Source of the DNA: an uncultured Thermoleophilia bacterium
GTDB taxonomy: Bacteria; Actinomycetota; Thermoleophilia; UBA2241
Direction: 5' to 3'
Assembly (NCBI GenBank): GCA_963713475.1
Contig: CAVQLY010000016.1
Span: 2,069-66,068 of the forward strand
DNA length: 64,000 nt
The notes under the pieces were generated by a model that ran no database searches, was not told where the DNA came from, and saw nothing but the letters and a program-made list of their open reading frames with translations. The translations under genes were made by a program, and so were the position numbers. Position 1 is the stretch's first letter, and each line of letters begins with the position of its first letter. This document shows, piece after piece, positions 49,691-59,037 of this stretch.

Positions 49691-50128
49691 ATGAGAGTGC
49701 TGCTGCAGCGGGTGAGCCGCGCCGCGGTCGCCGTGGACGGCGTCCGGGTCGGCGCGGTGGGCCGCGGCTTCCTCGCCCTCGTGGGCGTCACCCACGAGGA
49801 CGACGCGGACGCGGCCCGCAGACTGGCCGCCAAGACGGCGCGCCTGCGCGTCTTCGCCGACGACGCCGGGCACATGAACCTGGCGCTCGGCGACGTCGGC
49901 GGCGGCGTGCTCGCCGTCTCGCAGTTCACGCTGTACGCCGACACCCGGCGCGGCAACCGCCCGAGCTTCACGGACGCGGCGGCGCCCGAGCAGGGCGAGG
50001 CCGTCTACGAGGCCTACGTGGAGGCGCTCCGCGCCGCGGGCGTGCCGGTAGAGACCGGCGTGTTCGGCGCGCACATGCAGGTCGACCTGGTCAACGACGG
50101 ACCTGTCACGATCCTGCTGGAGGCGTGA
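49691..50128 (+). CDS. dtd: D-aminoacyl-tRNA deacylase
   Basis: ATG 49691. The product is [17 protein letters not shown]...GFLALVGV...[18 protein letters not shown]...[20 protein letters not shown] (145 aa). Confidence 0.92.
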   Translation: MRVLLQRVSRAAVAVDGVRVGAVGRGFLALVGVTHEDDADAARRLAAKTARLRVFADDAGHMNLALGDVGGGVLAVSQFTLYADTRRGNRPSFTDAAAPEQGEAVYEAYVEALRAAGVPVETGVFGAHMQVDLVNDGPVTILLEA

Positions 50129-50200
50129 GGCTCACCGCGTCCTCGCCCCGACCGTCACCCCCCGGGGCGCGCCTGCAGGGGGGCCAGCAGGCGCAGAGAC

Positions 50201-50240
50201 GACAACGCCGGGGCCGCCTCGCGGCGGCCCCGGCGTTGTC
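50201..50240. terminator. bidirectional hairpin between convergent dtd and membrane-protein gene
   Basis: The arms gacaacgccggggccgcc and ggcggccccggcgttgtc form a perfect 18-bp stem around the loop tcgc. Confidence 0.7.
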
Positions 50241-50266
50241 TCCTATAAGGCACATGTGACGCGCGC

Positions 50267-50704
50267 TCAGACTTCGTAGCCCTCCGCGTGCCGCGCGTCG
50301 GTGAGCTTCTCGCTGCTCTGCGGCACGTTCCTGAAGGCAGCGTAGCCCGCGAATATGCCGCAGATCCAGGCGAACAACCAAGGGCCCCACCAGTAGTAGA
50401 GGTACGGGGTCCAGCGGTACTGACCGCGGTTGTAGGTGTAGATGAGACCGATCATTGCGGCGACGCAGACGATGACCCCGCCGACGCTCGGCCATTTGAA
50501 GCTGAGCAGCCCGCCGACGACCATGACGATCCCGAGGCCGACCAGCACGTGCACGCCCGAGAGGTAGTCGGAGTAGATGCCGAAGAACTGCGGGATGCCG
50601 AAGACCGGCTCGATGGAGCGCGCGTACAGCCCGCCACCGATCGCGAACGCCCCTGCGATGATGCCCGCGATGGCGGTGAGGTTGGCCCACTTCTGACCCT
50701 TCAT
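50267..50704 (-). CDS. hypothetical 4-TM membrane protein
   Basis: 145 aa and strongly hydrophobic. Its ATG overlaps the stop of the upstream APC permease (ATGA), which suggests co-translation with it. Confidence 0.55.
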   Translation of the reverse strand: MKGQKWANLTAIAGIIAGAFAIGGGLYARSIEPVFGIPQFFGIYSDYLSGVHVLVGLGIVMVVGGLLSFKWPSVGGVIVCVAAMIGLIYTYNRGQYRWTPYLYYWWGPWLFAWICGIFAGYAAFRNVPQSSEKLTDARHAEGYEV

Positions 50705-52125
50705 GATCCGGCTCCTTCCACTATGGCGCCGAATTCCGTGAGCTCACCCGCGGGCGTGATCGTCGAACCCTCGAGCGCCTCGTCCGTGGTGCCCTTGTAG
50801 ATGTTCTTGAAGATGAGATAGGCGATGGGGCCGGTGAGGATGCCGGCGAGGCCGCCGATCATCCAGTCCATGCCGTTCACGAACAGAGCGATGATGGCGA
50901 TGGCGATGGGGAACGCGACCCAGAAGCCGAGCGCCCAGGTCGGGAGCGGGACCCTGAAGGCCCTCGGCGTGTCAGGCTCCCGCACCCGCATGATGATCAC
51001 CGTCAGGAAGATGAGCACGTAGGGGAACATGAGCAGGAAGACGTCGATCGTGATCAGCGCGTCGAAGTTGAAGTTGATCAGTACCGCGTTGACGACGCCC
51101 ATGAGCAGGATGGCGACCCAGGGAGTGCCCCAGCTCCCGTGCGTGCGGCCCAGGAAGCGCGGCAACAGGCGGTCCCGCGACATCTGGAACTGCGGCCTCG
51201 CGCCCGTCGCCAGGTAGCCCGCGTACAGGCCGATGTTGGAAAGGATGGCCGACATCAGCATCAGGTAGCCGAAGAAGGCGCCGCCGACGACCTCGGCCAG
51301 TTGCACGAAGTCCTCGCCGCCGCCGCCCGTCCACATGTTGAGGTAGTTGTCCGGGCCCCCGACGTTGGCGATGCGGATGGAGGCCCACACCGTCACGAAG
51401 TAGGTGGCGATGACCAGCGGCGTGCCGATCATCAGGGCCTTGGGGATGACCTTCTGCGGGTTCTGGATCTCACCCGCGAGCGTGGACATGGACTCCCACC
51501 CCGAGTACATCCACATCATGATCGCCAACCCCAGGTTCAGCGAGGTGAGGAAGCTCTCGCCCTCCGGCAGCATTGGGCTGAAGCCGCTGCCGGTGCCCTT
51601 GGTGATGCCGTAGACGGTGAAGATGAGCAGCGGGACCATGACGAGGACCTGGATGACCGTGAGCGTCCAGCCCGTGAGCTCCAGGCCCCGGATGTTGATG
51701 AACGTGAACACGGCCACGATGGCGATACCGATCGCCGCTCGCTCGGCCGAGCCGAACCCCCACTGGTTCTGCATGTAGTCGAGGGCCAGGGCCACATAGA
51801 CGGCGGAGTCGACGTAGAGGGAGAGCGTCCACCACCAGCCGGCCTGGAAGCTCCAGTACTCGCCCATGCCGCGGCGGATCCAGCGGTAGAGGCCGCCTGC
51901 CTCGGGCACCATGGACCCGAGCTCAGAAGCGACGAACGCCATCGGGACGCTCCAGACGAGCGGCAGGATGAGGATCATCAGGAGCGTCATCCCGGGGCCG
52001 GAAGACGAGACGACGTCCTCCATGCCGAATGAACCAGAGCAGGTCAGCGTGAACACGAACACGACTGCGGTGATCAGCCGCATCCGAACGCGCTTCAGCC
52101 CCTCGTTGCGAAGCATCTCTGTCAT
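50701..52125 (-). CDS. APC-superfamily amino acid/polyamine permease
   Basis: 474 aa with about 12 TM helices. The N-terminal pattern is ...GSFGMEDVVSSSGPG...ASELGSMVPEAGGLYRWIRR. Confidence 0.8.
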   Translation of the reverse strand: MTEMLRNEGLKRVRMRLITAVVFVFTLTCSGSFGMEDVVSSSGPGMTLLMILILPLVWSVPMAFVASELGSMVPEAGGLYRWIRRGMGEYWSFQAGWWWTLSLYVDSAVYVALALDYMQNQWGFGSAERAAIGIAIVAVFTFINIRGLELTGWTLTVIQVLVMVPLLIFTVYGITKGTGSGFSPMLPEGESFLTSLNLGLAIMMWMYSGWESMSTLAGEIQNPQKVIPKALMIGTPLVIATYFVTVWASIRIANVGGPDNYLNMWTGGGGEDFVQLAEVVGGAFFGYLMLMSAILSNIGLYAGYLATGARPQFQMSRDRLLPRFLGRTHGSWGTPWVAILLMGVVNAVLINFNFDALITIDVFLLMFPYVLIFLTVIIMRVREPDTPRAFRVPLPTWALGFWVAFPIAIAIIALFVNGMDWMIGGLAGILTGPIAYLIFKNIYKGTTDEALEGSTITPAGELTEFGAIVEGAGS

Positions 52126-52157
52126 CCGGACCCCCCCAGACTACGTTTGACCAAGTT

Positions 52158-53861
52158 CTACGACAGCGCCTCAGGAGCGAGTTGCCAGAGGTCGACCGCC
52201 AGCTTGTCGTTCTCACCGTAATCTATCGGTACGTCGATGACAACGGGTCCCGGGTGCCGCAGGGCGCGGGCGAGGAGGGGCTTGACGTCGCCCGCCTTCT
52301 CGGCGCGGAACCCCTCCACGCCGAACGAACGCGCGAGCGCCACGAGATCGGGATTGTCGAAGCGCGTGCCGGCGATGCGGCCGAACTTGCGCCGCTGGTG
52401 CATCTCGATGAGGCCGTAGCCGCCGTCGCTCCAGACGAGGATCACGAAGGGCAGGCCGAGACGGTGCGCGGTCTCCAGTTCCTGGACGTTCATGAGGAAC
52501 CCGCCGTCGCCGCAGATGCAGACGACCTTGTTGCGGCCGCGGCGCGCCAGCGCCGCGGCGATGCTCGCCGGCAGGCCGAAGCCCATGGCGGCGAACCCGT
52601 TGCTGATGAGCACGGTGTTGGGCTCGCGCGCCTCCCAGAAGCGCGCCACCCAGAGTTTGTGGGCACCGACGTCGCTGACCAGCACGTCCTCCGGCGCGAG
52701 CAGCTCGCGCAGGTCGCGGAGCACGCGCTGCGGCTTGATCGGGAAGTCGTCGTCGGTGCCGGCGTCGAGGACGCGGCGGAAGGCGCGCCGGTACGGACGT
52801 TCCTCGACGCTCGAGACGGCCTTGCCCTCGAGGAGGCCGGTGAGCTGGAACAGGATGCGTGAGAGGTCGCCGATCAGCTCGACCTCGGGGATGAACTGGG
52901 CGTCGATCTCCGGCGGCACGGTGTCGATGCAGACGATGCGCTGGCGCCCCTCCGGGTTCCAGGCGGAGGGCGGCCACTCGATCATGTCGTAGCCGACGGC
53001 GACGACGAGGTCGGCCCGGCCGAGCATGCCCTGCGGGTAGTCCTGCCGGGCCAGTCCGGCGGTGAACAGGAAGTGCGGGTCGGAGGCGTCGAGCACGCCC
53101 TTGCCCATGAAGGTCGTGATGACGTGAAGGCCGGTCTGCTCGCAGAACGAGCGCAGCGCCGGCGCGGCCTCCTGGCGCACGACCCCGTTGCCGGCCAGCA
53201 CCACGGGCCGCTTCGCGCCCTGGATGACCTCCGCGGCGCGCAGCAGGCTGACCGGGTCGGCCTCCATGATGGCCTCGGGACCCCGCGGCAGCGGCGCTCC
53301 GATCGCCGGCGACTCCATGATGTCCTCGGGCAGTTCCAGGTGCGTCGCGCCGGGCTTCTCGGCGGCGGCGATGCTGAACGCCTTGCGTACCGCCTCGGCC
53401 ACCATGCGCGGGTGGTGCAGGCGCGTGTTCCACTTGGTCATGGGGCGCAGCATCTCGACGGTGTCGATGAACTGGTGGGTGGTGTCCTTGTGCATGCCGG
53501 CGAGGCCCGTCTGGCCCGTGAGCGCCACCAGCGGCGCGTGATCCAAGGTAGCGTCGCCGACGCCGGTGGCCAGGTTGCTCGCCCCCGGACCGAGGGTGGC
53601 GAGACACACGCCGGGCTTGCCGGTGAGCCGCCCATACGCGTCGGCCATGAAGGCGGCGCCCTGCTCGTGTCTCGTCGGCACGAAGGTGATGAGCTGCGAG
53701 CGATCGAGCGACTCGCTGATGTCCAGTGTCTCCTCGCCGGGGATGCCGAAGACGAACTCCACGCCCTCGTTCTCGAGACAGTCGACGAAGAGGTCGGCGG
53801 CGGTGCGCTGGGAATCGCCTGCCGGCGCGGGTGGGAAGACGGAGTCGGGACGGTGAGTCAT
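52158..53861 (-). CDS. thiamine-diphosphate enzyme of the acetolactate synthase family
   Basis: ATG 53859-53861. The protein shows AADLFVDCLENEGVEFVFGIPGEE...RHEQGAAFMADAY...and the ThDP motif GDGGFLMNVQELET. The upstream part of the track ORF is a shadow. Confidence 0.85.
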   Translation of the reverse strand: MTHRPDSVFPPAPAGDSQRTAADLFVDCLENEGVEFVFGIPGEETLDISESLDRSQLITFVPTRHEQGAAFMADAYGRLTGKPGVCLATLGPGASNLATGVGDATLDHAPLVALTGQTGLAGMHKDTTHQFIDTVEMLRPMTKWNTRLHHPRMVAEAVRKAFSIAAAEKPGATHLELPEDIMESPAIGAPLPRGPEAIMEADPVSLLRAAEVIQGAKRPVVLAGNGVVRQEAAPALRSFCEQTGLHVITTFMGKGVLDASDPHFLFTAGLARQDYPQGMLGRADLVVAVGYDMIEWPPSAWNPEGRQRIVCIDTVPPEIDAQFIPEVELIGDLSRILFQLTGLLEGKAVSSVEERPYRRAFRRVLDAGTDDDFPIKPQRVLRDLRELLAPEDVLVSDVGAHKLWVARFWEAREPNTVLISNGFAAMGFGLPASIAAALARRGRNKVVCICGDGGFLMNVQELETAHRLGLPFVILVWSDGGYGLIEMHQRRKFGRIAGTRFDNPDLVALARSFGVEGFRAEKAGDVKPLLARALRHPGPVVIDVPIDYGENDKLAVDLWQLAPEALS

Positions 53862-53988
53862 GCTGTGCTCGAGTCTAGCATTCGAGTACGGTTCCCCGTT
53901 GCGGCCGAGCGGCCAAGTCCGAGCTGTTCGGACAGACAGGATGTCGAGGCGGCGGCGCGGGGGGAGCGCCGCGGCCGCGAGGCGAAGG

Positions 53989-55056
53989 CTAGGCGCGGCG
54001 GGCGGAGCCCTTCCGCGGTCTGGCCGCTTTGGCCTCGGCGTCGCTGGCGAAGGCGTCGAGGCCGAGGTAGTCCGGCCACTCGAGCGCCGGCAAGAAGCCG
54101 GCCGCAAGGCCGATCATGCCGGCGTTGTCGGTGCACAGGCTGAGCGGCGGCAGCGAGAGGTGCAGACCCTCGGCCTCGCACGCCGCACTCAGAGCGCGGC
54201 GCAGCCCTGAGTTGGCGGCCACGCCGCCGGCGACGGCGACGCGGCGCAGGCCCTCGGCGGCGGCGCCGGCCATCGTCTTCTCCACGAGCTGCCGGACGAT
54301 GGCCGCCTGGTAGGACGCGGCGATGTCGGCGCGGTGCGCTTCGATCTCGGCCTCGTCGCGGTCCCTGAGGTCGTAGAGCAGCGCCGTCTTCAGGCCGCTG
54401 AAGCTGAAGCCCCGGCCTCTGGGCACGGCGCGCGGGAACCGGGCGAAACCAGGGTCGCCACGCCCCGCCAGCTCGTCCAGTTCCTTGCCGCCCGGGTAGC
54501 CGAGCCCCAGCAGCCGGGCGCCCTTGTCGAACGCCTCGCCGGCCGCGTCGTCCATGGTCTTGGCGGCGACGCGGTAGCGCACGCCCTCCTCCACCACGGC
54601 GAGCAGCGTGTGCCCGCCGCTGGCGACCAGACACAGGAACGGGGCCTCCACGCCGAGGGCGTAGTTGGCGGCGATGTGCCCCTGCAGGTGGTTCACCGGG
54701 ATCAGGGGCAGCCCCCGCCGGTAGGCGAACGACTTTCCCGTCGCGAGGCCGACGAGCAGGGCGCCGATGAGGCCCGGGCCTTGCGTCACGGCGACGGCGC
54801 TGAGATCGTCCCAGCGGGCCCCGGCCTGGCTCATGGCCTCGGCGACGACCTCGTTCACCAGCTCCGTGTGACGGCGTGAAGCGACTTCCGGCACCACGCC
54901 GCCGAACTGCGCGTGCAGCTCGTTCTGCGACGAGACGATCGACGAGAGCACCTCGCGCCCGCGGACGACGGCGGCGCTGGTGTCGTCGCAGGAGGTCTCG
55001 ACGGCAAGGACGAGGCCGGCGGATGGGGCCAGCCCAGCCCTTTCCGCTGCGGTCAC
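53989..55056 (-). CDS. tsaD: tRNA N6-adenosine threonylcarbamoyltransferase
   Basis: GTG 55054-55056 overlaps the rimI stop (GTGA). The protein shows [17 protein letters not shown]...[11 protein letters not shown]...[14 protein letters not shown]...NHLQGHI...SGGHT...GGVAAN. Confidence 0.92.
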   Translation of the reverse strand: MTAAERAGLAPSAGLVLAVETSCDDTSAAVVRGREVLSSIVSSQNELHAQFGGVVPEVASRRHTELVNEVVAEAMSQAGARWDDLSAVAVTQGPGLIGALLVGLATGKSFAYRRGLPLIPVNHLQGHIAANYALGVEAPFLCLVASGGHTLLAVVEEGVRYRVAAKTMDDAAGEAFDKGARLLGLGYPGGKELDELAGRGDPGFARFPRAVPRGRGFSFSGLKTALLYDLRDRDEAEIEAHRADIAASYQAAIVRQLVEKTMAGAAAEGLRRVAVAGGVAANSGLRRALSAACEAEGLHLSLPPLSLCTDNAGMIGLAAGFLPALEWPDYLGLDAFASDAEAKAARPRKGSARRA

Positions 55057-55541
55057 GCCGAGTCTCCTTCCCAGTCCTTCCACATGATGACCGCGTCTTC
55101 GCGGTCGTCGCTGTAGTAGCCGGGGCGGATGCCGGTGGAGACGAACCCGAAGCTGCGGTAGAGCTCGATCGCCGGGGCATTCGACACCCTGACCTCCAGC
55201 GTGTGTCCGCGGTGTCCTTTGCGCTCGGTGATGGCGAAGTAGGCCTCGAGCAAGACCGACGCCACGTGCCCCCGGCGGATCTCCTCCGCGACACAGAGGT
55301 TCATGAGGTGCCAGACGTCGACGAACATGTCGGCGATGAGGTAGGCGACGACGCGGCCGTCGTCCTCGCAGACGAGGCAGATCCCGGTCTCGCGAGCGAG
55401 CTGGCCGCTGAAGATGGCCAGCGACCAGGGGAGCGTGAACGTGCGCGCCTCGAGCGCCGCGACGGCCTCGAGGTCGGTGAAGTGCATCTGGCGCACGACG
55501 CGCTCGTGCCTTGTGGGATCGGGAACGGCCTGGAGGCTCAC
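55053..55541 (-). CDS. rimI: ribosomal-protein-alanine N-acetyltransferase (GNAT)
   Basis: GTG 55539-55541. The protein shows the GNAT motifs ...[20 protein letters not shown]...[20 protein letters not shown]...[19 protein letters not shown]. Confidence 0.8.
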   Translation of the reverse strand: MSLQAVPDPTRHERVVRQMHFTDLEAVAALEARTFTLPWSLAIFSGQLARETGICLVCEDDGRVVAYLIADMFVDVWHLMNLCVAEEIRRGHVASVLLEAYFAITERKGHRGHTLEVRVSNAPAIELYRSFGFVSTGIRPGYYSDDREDAVIMWKDWEGDSA

Positions 55542-56271
55542 GCCGCGCCCCCGGAAGGGGAGCCGGCGGGGCCGCACCGGGCTGGGCCGCACGAGGCGTG
55601 GCGTCGGGAGCGCGGCCGTAGACCGGCAGCACGGCGTCCGGGCCGCGGACGACGCCGGGCGCGCCGCAGGCGACCGCCCGGCCGACCATGGCGGCCGTGG
55701 GCGCCACAACGCCCACGGCCTGTCGCGCGGACGCGGGCAGGAGTCCGCGGTAGAGCACGGCGCCGTCGCCGCCCGTGATCACGTCGCCGCGAGCGGCCAG
55801 CCAGGCGGAGAGGCCGTCGGCAGGCACCACCGCGACGTCGTCGACCTGCCGCACGCCGCCCCCGTCCAGCAGTTCGAAGACGGCCGCGAACACCTCGCGG
55901 CGGCGGCCGTCGATGAGCGGCACGAGGCGCGTGCCGGCAGCAGCCTCCGGCGCGTCCGAAAGCGCGAGCGCCAGCGCCGCGAGCGTGGGCACGCCGGCGA
56001 GTCCGGCGCGGCCGTCCGCCTGCGCCAGCGCGCGCGCCGTGGCGATACCGATGCGGAGGCCGGTGAAGGCGCCGGGACCGAGGCCGACGGCGACGGTGTC
56101 GATGTCGCCCCAGCCGGCCGCCTGCCCGGCCACGAGCTCGTGCACGAACGGCAGCAGCCGCTGCGAGTGCGCCGGGCCGTCGAGCGACACGCGCTCGGCG
56201 ACGACGGAGCCGTCGGCGGCGCAGAGCGCCGCCGAGCAGGCCGTCGTCGCCGTCTCCAGTGCGAGGATCAC
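55538..56271 (-). CDS. tsaB: tRNA threonylcarbamoyladenosine biosynthesis protein TsaB, with no in-frame stop as assembled (apparent 1-nt frame problem)
   Basis: GTG 56269-56271 overlaps the tsaE stop (GTGA). The protein shows [16 protein letters not shown]...[16 protein letters not shown]...PVYGRAPDA. The frame then runs on to 53989. The span to the expected GTGA stop at 55538 is 734 nt, one base short of a multiple of three. Confidence 0.7.
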
Positions 56272-56759
56272 GACGGCGCTCCCTCGGTCACGGCGAGGCC
56301 GGCTTCTGCCGCAGCGCCGGCCACGTCCCGCTCGAGCGCCGCGCCGGAGATCCGCGCCGTGCGGCTGCTCCGCGTCCGATGCTCGAGCTCGATGCGCACG
56401 TCGGGCTCCGGCAGCGCCTCGCTGCCCGCCGCAGGCCACTCGACGAAGGTGATCGCGTCCGGCCCCAGGTAGTCGTCCCATGCGAACAGCTCGGCGTCGG
56501 CGCCGCGGCTGAGCCGGTACAGGTCCAGGTGGTGCAACTGCTCGCCCTCGCGACCGTGGTAGCTCTGCGCGAGGGTGAACGACGGACTGGTGATGGCGCC
56601 ACGCACGCCGCGAGCCCGCAGCACCGCGCGGACCAGCGTCGTCTTGCCGGTGCCGAGGTCGCCCTCGACGGTGACGAGCGCCGGCGGGCGCAGGCGAACG
56701 GCCAGCGCGCGCGCGAGCTTCCGCGTCTGGGCCGGAGAGGCGAGGGTGAGCGAGATCAT
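56268..56759 (-). CDS. tsaE: tRNA threonylcarbamoyladenosine biosynthesis ATPase TsaE
   Basis: 163 aa, with the P-loop VEGDLGTGKTTLVRA and SPSFTL...HLDLYRL. Confidence 0.9.
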   Translation of the reverse strand: MISLTLASPAQTRKLARALAVRLRPPALVTVEGDLGTGKTTLVRAVLRARGVRGAITSPSFTLAQSYHGREGEQLHHLDLYRLSRGADAELFAWDDYLGPDAITFVEWPAAGSEALPEPDVRIELEHRTRSSRTARISGAALERDVAGAAAEAGLAVTEGAPS

Positions 56760-57710
56760 CTAGAAGAGGCCGAGCTGCTCCGGTTCGGCGGGCGGGCCGG
56801 CCGCGGGTGCAGACGGACTCGCCGGCACGGGGTCGTCCGCGACGGGGGCGACGACGGGAGCCGGAGCGGAGGCAGGCGCAGGATCCGGCGCCTGGGCCGG
56901 AGCGCGAGAGGGTGCGAGATCCGGCGCCTGGACCGGAGAGACCGCGGGCGAGGCCTGCGCCTCGGACGCCGCGGGAGCGTCGTCGAACGCGAGCGCCGAC
57001 GCGGGCGATCCGTCGGCCGGCGCGGCGACAGGAGCGGCGACCTGCGCCCGCAGGCGCTCGGGCGGCTGCCAGGCCGGTCGCTCCGCGGCTGTCGGCGGGG
57101 CCGCCTCTTCCCCGGCCTGCGGCGCGGCGTGCGCGAGCAGATCGGGCAGCCGCAGGAAGTCGTCCTTGAGCGTCGCCAGATTGGCCGGCGTGTACAGCGC
57201 CGCGGCCGGATGGAAGATGGGGTACAGGTACAGCCGGTGTCCCCCGATCTCGGTGGCGCGCGGCTGGCCGTGCACCTTGGTGATGCCGCGCGGGTCACCG
57301 CTCAGCAGCTTGGTCGCGAAGTTGCCCAGCGTGCAGATCACCTTGGGCCGGATGATCTCGATCTGGCGCCAGAGGTATGGACGGCAAGCGTCGATCTCTT
57401 CGGGACGCGGGTCGCGGTTGTTGGGCGGGCGACTCTTGAGGACGTTGGCGATGTAGACCTGCTCGCGGGTCATGCCGATGGACGCGAGCAGCTGCTCGAG
57501 CAGCTTGCCGGCCTGGCCTACGAACGGCCGGCCCTGCTGGTCCTCGTGGTAGCCCGGCGCTTCGCCGACGAACATGAGGTCGGCGCCGGGGTCGCCCTCG
57601 CCGAACACAGCCTGGGTGCGCGTCTCCGCGAGCACGCAGCCGGCGCAGCGCTCGACCTCCCCCCGAAGGGCGTCGAGCGCGGCGATGACGTCGTCAGTGG
57701 CAGGTGGCAC
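56760..57710 (-). CDS. family 4 uracil-DNA glycosylase with long Pro/Ala-rich C-terminal tail
   Basis: Start tentatively GTG 57708-57710. The protein has CAGCVL (an Fe-S Cys pair), GEGDPGADLMFVGEAPG, FVGQAG and HPAAAL. About 120 aa of P/A-rich sequence follows, ending ...PEQLGLF. A TAG stop directly abuts the tsaE ATG. Confidence 0.8.
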   Translation of the reverse strand: MPPATDDVIAALDALRGEVERCAGCVLAETRTQAVFGEGDPGADLMFVGEAPGYHEDQQGRPFVGQAGKLLEQLLASIGMTREQVYIANVLKSRPPNNRDPRPEEIDACRPYLWRQIEIIRPKVICTLGNFATKLLSGDPRGITKVHGQPRATEIGGHRLYLYPIFHPAAALYTPANLATLKDDFLRLPDLLAHAAPQAGEEAAPPTAAERPAWQPPERLRAQVAAPVAAPADGSPASALAFDDAPAASEAQASPAVSPVQAPDLAPSRAPAQAPDPAPASAPAPVVAPVADDPVPASPSAPAAGPPAEPEQLGLF

Positions 57711-57912
57711 AGGAGGAGCTGGCGCAGGAGGAGCAGCTCTTGGTCGCTCCCTTGCCGCCGAGGTTGGATGAGGATGAGTGGACGGCGAACGTGGACAACA
57801 GTCGGCAGACGTCGCCGGAGTGGCACGACGGGCACTCGGGCTTCGTGCCGTTGCGGACCAGCTCCTCGAAGGCGGTTCCGCACTGGTTGCAGCAGAATTC
57901 ATAGATAGGCAT
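57694..57912 (-). CDS. FmdB-family zinc-ribbon protein
   Basis: 72 aa, MPIYEFCCNQCGTAFEELV....CPSC, followed by a Cys/Ser-rich tail. This is the classic FmdB-family pattern. Confidence 0.8.
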   Translation of the reverse strand: MPIYEFCCNQCGTAFEELVRNGTKPECPSCHSGDVCRLLSTFAVHSSSSNLGGKGATKSCSSCASSSCATCH

Positions 57913-58149
57913 GGGCGTAGTCTACCACCGGGCCCGGCGGGAGGGCCTCAGCGGTGAGCTCCCGGCGAGTCATCCGGCGGGTGTTCCAACGAGTGTCCGA
58001 TTGACACGCGCGCACGCGAGGCCCTACGCTCAACCTGGCCCGGCGCCGAGCCCTCGGCAGGCGACCGGGACACCGCCTGTGTTGCACAGGCCTGCGACAG
58101 GCGCGGTACCTCCCTCACCGGGCGGACCGCAGCCGGAGAGGTCCTAGGC

Positions 58150-59037
58150 TTGACGATCGACCAGCATCGCTTCTGCGTGATCGGTCCCGGACGCCTCGGA
58201 TCGACCGTGCTCGCCGGCCTGCTCGAGGCCCGGCTCACCGTGACCGCCGTCGGCGTCCACGCGGACGACGACACCAGCCTCTTCGACTTCGTGCCGCACG
58301 TGCGCGTACGCGACGCCGCGCTCGAGGCCGACGCCTGGTGGCTGGCGGTGCCGGACGACGAGATCTACGGCGTGGCCGGCAGGCTCGCAGAGGCTCTGCC
58401 GGCCGTGCGCCGCGCCGGGGCCTCCCAGCCGCTCGCCATCCACTCCAGCGGCCTGGGCTCCGTACACCTGCTCAAGCCGCTCCTTGAGCAGGGCGTGCGC
58501 GTCCTGTGCCTGCACCCCTTGCAGACGTTCGCCGGCGAGCCGGATGCCAAGCTGTTGCAGGGCGTCCCCTGCGCGGTCACCGCGCTCGAGGAACGCGACC
58601 TGCAGCTCGGCGAGGAGCTCGCCGCCCGCCTCGGCATGCGGCCCTTCCGTCTGGCCGACGAGCAGAAGACCCTGTATCACCTCTCCGCCGTGGTCGGCTG
58701 CAACCTGCTGGTGGCGCTCGAGAGCGAGGCCAAGCGCCTGATGGACGCCGCCACCGGCGAGACGCACGGTCTGGACCACCTCTCGGTGCTGCTGGAGACG
58801 ACGATGAAGAACCTGCTGCAGGGCGGCGAGCCGGCCTTCGCGCTGACGGGCCCCGTCGCGCGCGGCGACATCGGCACCGTGCGCGCGCACCTGCGCCTGC
58901 TCGACCGCGAGAGCCCGAGGCTGGCGCGGACGTACCGCGCCCTGAGCCTCGAGGCGCTCACGCTGGCGGCGCCACGCCTCGACGACGAGCAGGTCGCCAC
59001 GCTCCAGGAACTGCTCGGGGCGGGAGAACAGGCGTGA
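58150..59037 (+). CDS. Rossmann-like DUF2520 protein (putative ketopantoate-reductase-like, panC-linked)
   Basis: TTG start as in the track. The protein has FCVIGPGRLGS and a DUF2520-like C-terminal region (LTGPVARGD). Its stop overlaps the panC GTG (GTGA). Confidence 0.65.
   Translation: MTIDQHRFCVIGPGRLGSTVLAGLLEARLTVTAVGVHADDDTSLFDFVPHVRVRDAALEADAWWLAVPDDEIYGVAGRLAEALPAVRRAGASQPLAIHSSGLGSVHLLKPLLEQGVRVLCLHPLQTFAGEPDAKLLQGVPCAVTALEERDLQLGEELAARLGMRPFRLADEQKTLYHLSAVVGCNLLVALESEAKRLMDAATGETHGLDHLSVLLETTMKNLLQGGEPAFALTGPVARGDIGTVRAHLRLLDRESPRLARTYRALSLEALTLAAPRLDDEQVATLQELLGAGEQA

Noticed and set aside
53989-56481. A single 830-aa TsaB-linker-TsaD fusion protein taken at face value.
   Set aside because: The 170-aa 'linker' is the out-of-frame translation of a perfectly good rimI gene and is Arg-rich junk. 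A one-base correction restores the local GTGA stop/start architecture. It is kept as a finding about a frame problem, not as a fusion gene.
56880-56940. Short direct repeats (gatccggcgcctggRccggag, two copies) that might suggest a repeat array.
   Set aside because: There are only two copies, they lie inside the Pro/Ala-rich coding tail of the UDG gene, and there is no spacer-repeat periodicity. This is not CRISPR.
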